Assembly (NCBI GenBank): GCA_013239625.1 | Contig: MU053561.1 | Coordinates: 4,819,214-4,883,213 of the forward strand | Reading direction: 5' to 3' | DNA length: 64,000 nucleotides | Source of the DNA: Lama guanicoe | Lineage: Eukaryota | In this document: positions 62,748 through 64,000 of the stretch, piece by piece | Layout: each line of letters starts with the position of its first letter | Position numbering within the stretch: position 1 is the stretch's first letter | The notes under the pieces: model-generated | What the model was told of the DNA's origin: nothing | What the model saw: only the letters and a program-made list of their open reading frames with translations | Databases searched by the model: none | Program-made: the position numbers and the translations under genes

Positions 62748-62865
62748 GGAGGGGAGGGTGTAACTCAGCGGTAGAGTGCAGGCTTAGCATGTACAAGGTC
62801 CCGGGTTCAATCTCCCTATCTCCATTAAAAATAAATAAATAAACCTAATTATCTCCCCTCCCCCC
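62748..62865 (+). mobile_element. tRNA-Ala-derived SINE (Vic-1-like)
   Basis: ggggagggtgtaactcagcggtagagtgc...gggttcaatc...aaataaataaacctaattatctcccc. Perfect TSD aaaagtatttgtga at 62734-62747 and 62866-62879. Confidence 0.93.
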
Positions 62866-63859
62866 AAAAGTATTTGTGAAATAAGGGTTTGTGGAACACC
62901 TGCCAGGTACTCCTTTAGGTACTGGGGAACTGTGATCAAGTGAAGTCTGAAACACAATTCTTGTCTTCAAGGTAATCACAGTCCAGCTGGAAATGTAACA
63001 TTAACACATATAAAACTGATATTTTATATATTTATACTTTTATACTCCACTTCTTCCCTCCCAAATTTGGGGAAGCTCAGATACAGATGCATGAAAACAA
63101 GAGTTGAAGGACAACAGCCACATAATTAGAGAGATGGTGGTGGAACAATTATGCTAGAAACCCAAGGCTAAGGAAAGCTACTCCAACTGAACACAAAACA
63201 GCCAAGAATAAAACAAGAATAACACAGAGCTGACCAAATTAAACAGAAAATTATATGGTATCAGTTTCAGAAGTTCAGGGTAGTGGTCTGGAAGTTCACG
63301 ATGAAGTTCAGTGATTTCCCGCAAATCAGCTACATGATCATGGGCAGGAGGCCCAATGTATGCCCCCATTTCTTCTCAAAAGCAGAGAGGATACTTCTCG
63401 TGACAAGACATCAACTATTACTGCATGTGTGTTTCTAAACTCTCCCGTTCTGCCCATGAAGGAGGCTATGTTGCACAAGTTTCTCCCAAGGCACAGGAAG
63501 AAGAGCAAGGATCTGCGGGAGGAGTCTTGGAGAAAAATTTTCTCAAGAAGGTGGGAAAAAAGACAGGGAAGACTGTGGTAGGCAAAGGAAATACAAGAGA
63601 GGACAGAAGGATTTTGAGGAAGGGTTGTCCAGAGCCATATATCCCCTTTGTAGTGCTTGAGTAATTTTGGAAATTTCTTATTAGCTTGCCAGACTGTGTT
63701 TCTTTGATCCCAGCCCTGCTCTGAGACATAGGCTGATGAGTGAATGGAGGAGAAAGCACTTTGTAAAGGCCATGTTTGAAACCTGATCTAAATCCTCTCC
63801 CAGCAGCTCAAATCCTCTGCTTTTGCTCTTTGGTCAAAAAGGAAAAATGGAAAAGACTT

Positions 63860-63995
63860 GGACACTTGGGATTCTGGCTCATTGGTTTCACAGTTGTTAA
63901 GTCCTTGGACAAGTTACTGACTTTGTCAAATACTCAAGTTCCTCATCTGCACAATGGGTTATTTGAAGAGACATAGGATAATGCATTTGCATATA
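63860..63995 (+). mobile_element. MIR
   Basis: ccttggacaagttactgactttgtcaaatactcaagttcctcatctgcacaatggg. Confidence 0.7.
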
Positions 63996-64000
63996 AAGCC

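Noticed and set aside
62748..62865. tRNA-Ala gene (also 1147, 13308, 15501, 49280, 58122)
   Set aside because: The tRNA-like head carries substitutions and a shared non-tRNA A-rich tail, and several copies have TSDs. These are SINE copies.

Overview
This is repeat-rich mammalian DNA, intergenic or deep intronic. Six tRNA-Ala-headed SINEs match, from recall, the camelid Vic-1 family, and I saw no Alu, B1, Bov-tA, PRE-1 or Can-SINE copies, so the source is probably camel, alpaca or vicuna. I found no intact protein-coding gene or RNA gene; the ORF track is L1/LTR debris and chance ORFs. The window holds many decayed L1 pieces, ERV1/ERVL/MaLR LTRs (several with target-site duplications, TSDs), a deleted provirus with an env-like remnant, hAT DNA transposons, L2/MIR and microsatellites. 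The most notable element is a heavily diverged histone H2AX-derived retrocopy (17006-17482). Its SQEY tail reads SDEH, it carries a decayed histone stem-loop/HDE followed by AATAAA, and it ends in a perfect A29 tail. Also notable are two micro-rearrangements inside one L1, a small orphan CpG island, and several repeat-free, homeodomain-motif-rich blocks that look like enhancers. Repeat family names come from recalled consensus sequences, not database searches, and boundaries without a TSD are approximate. I cannot support a claim of a new multi-gene system.
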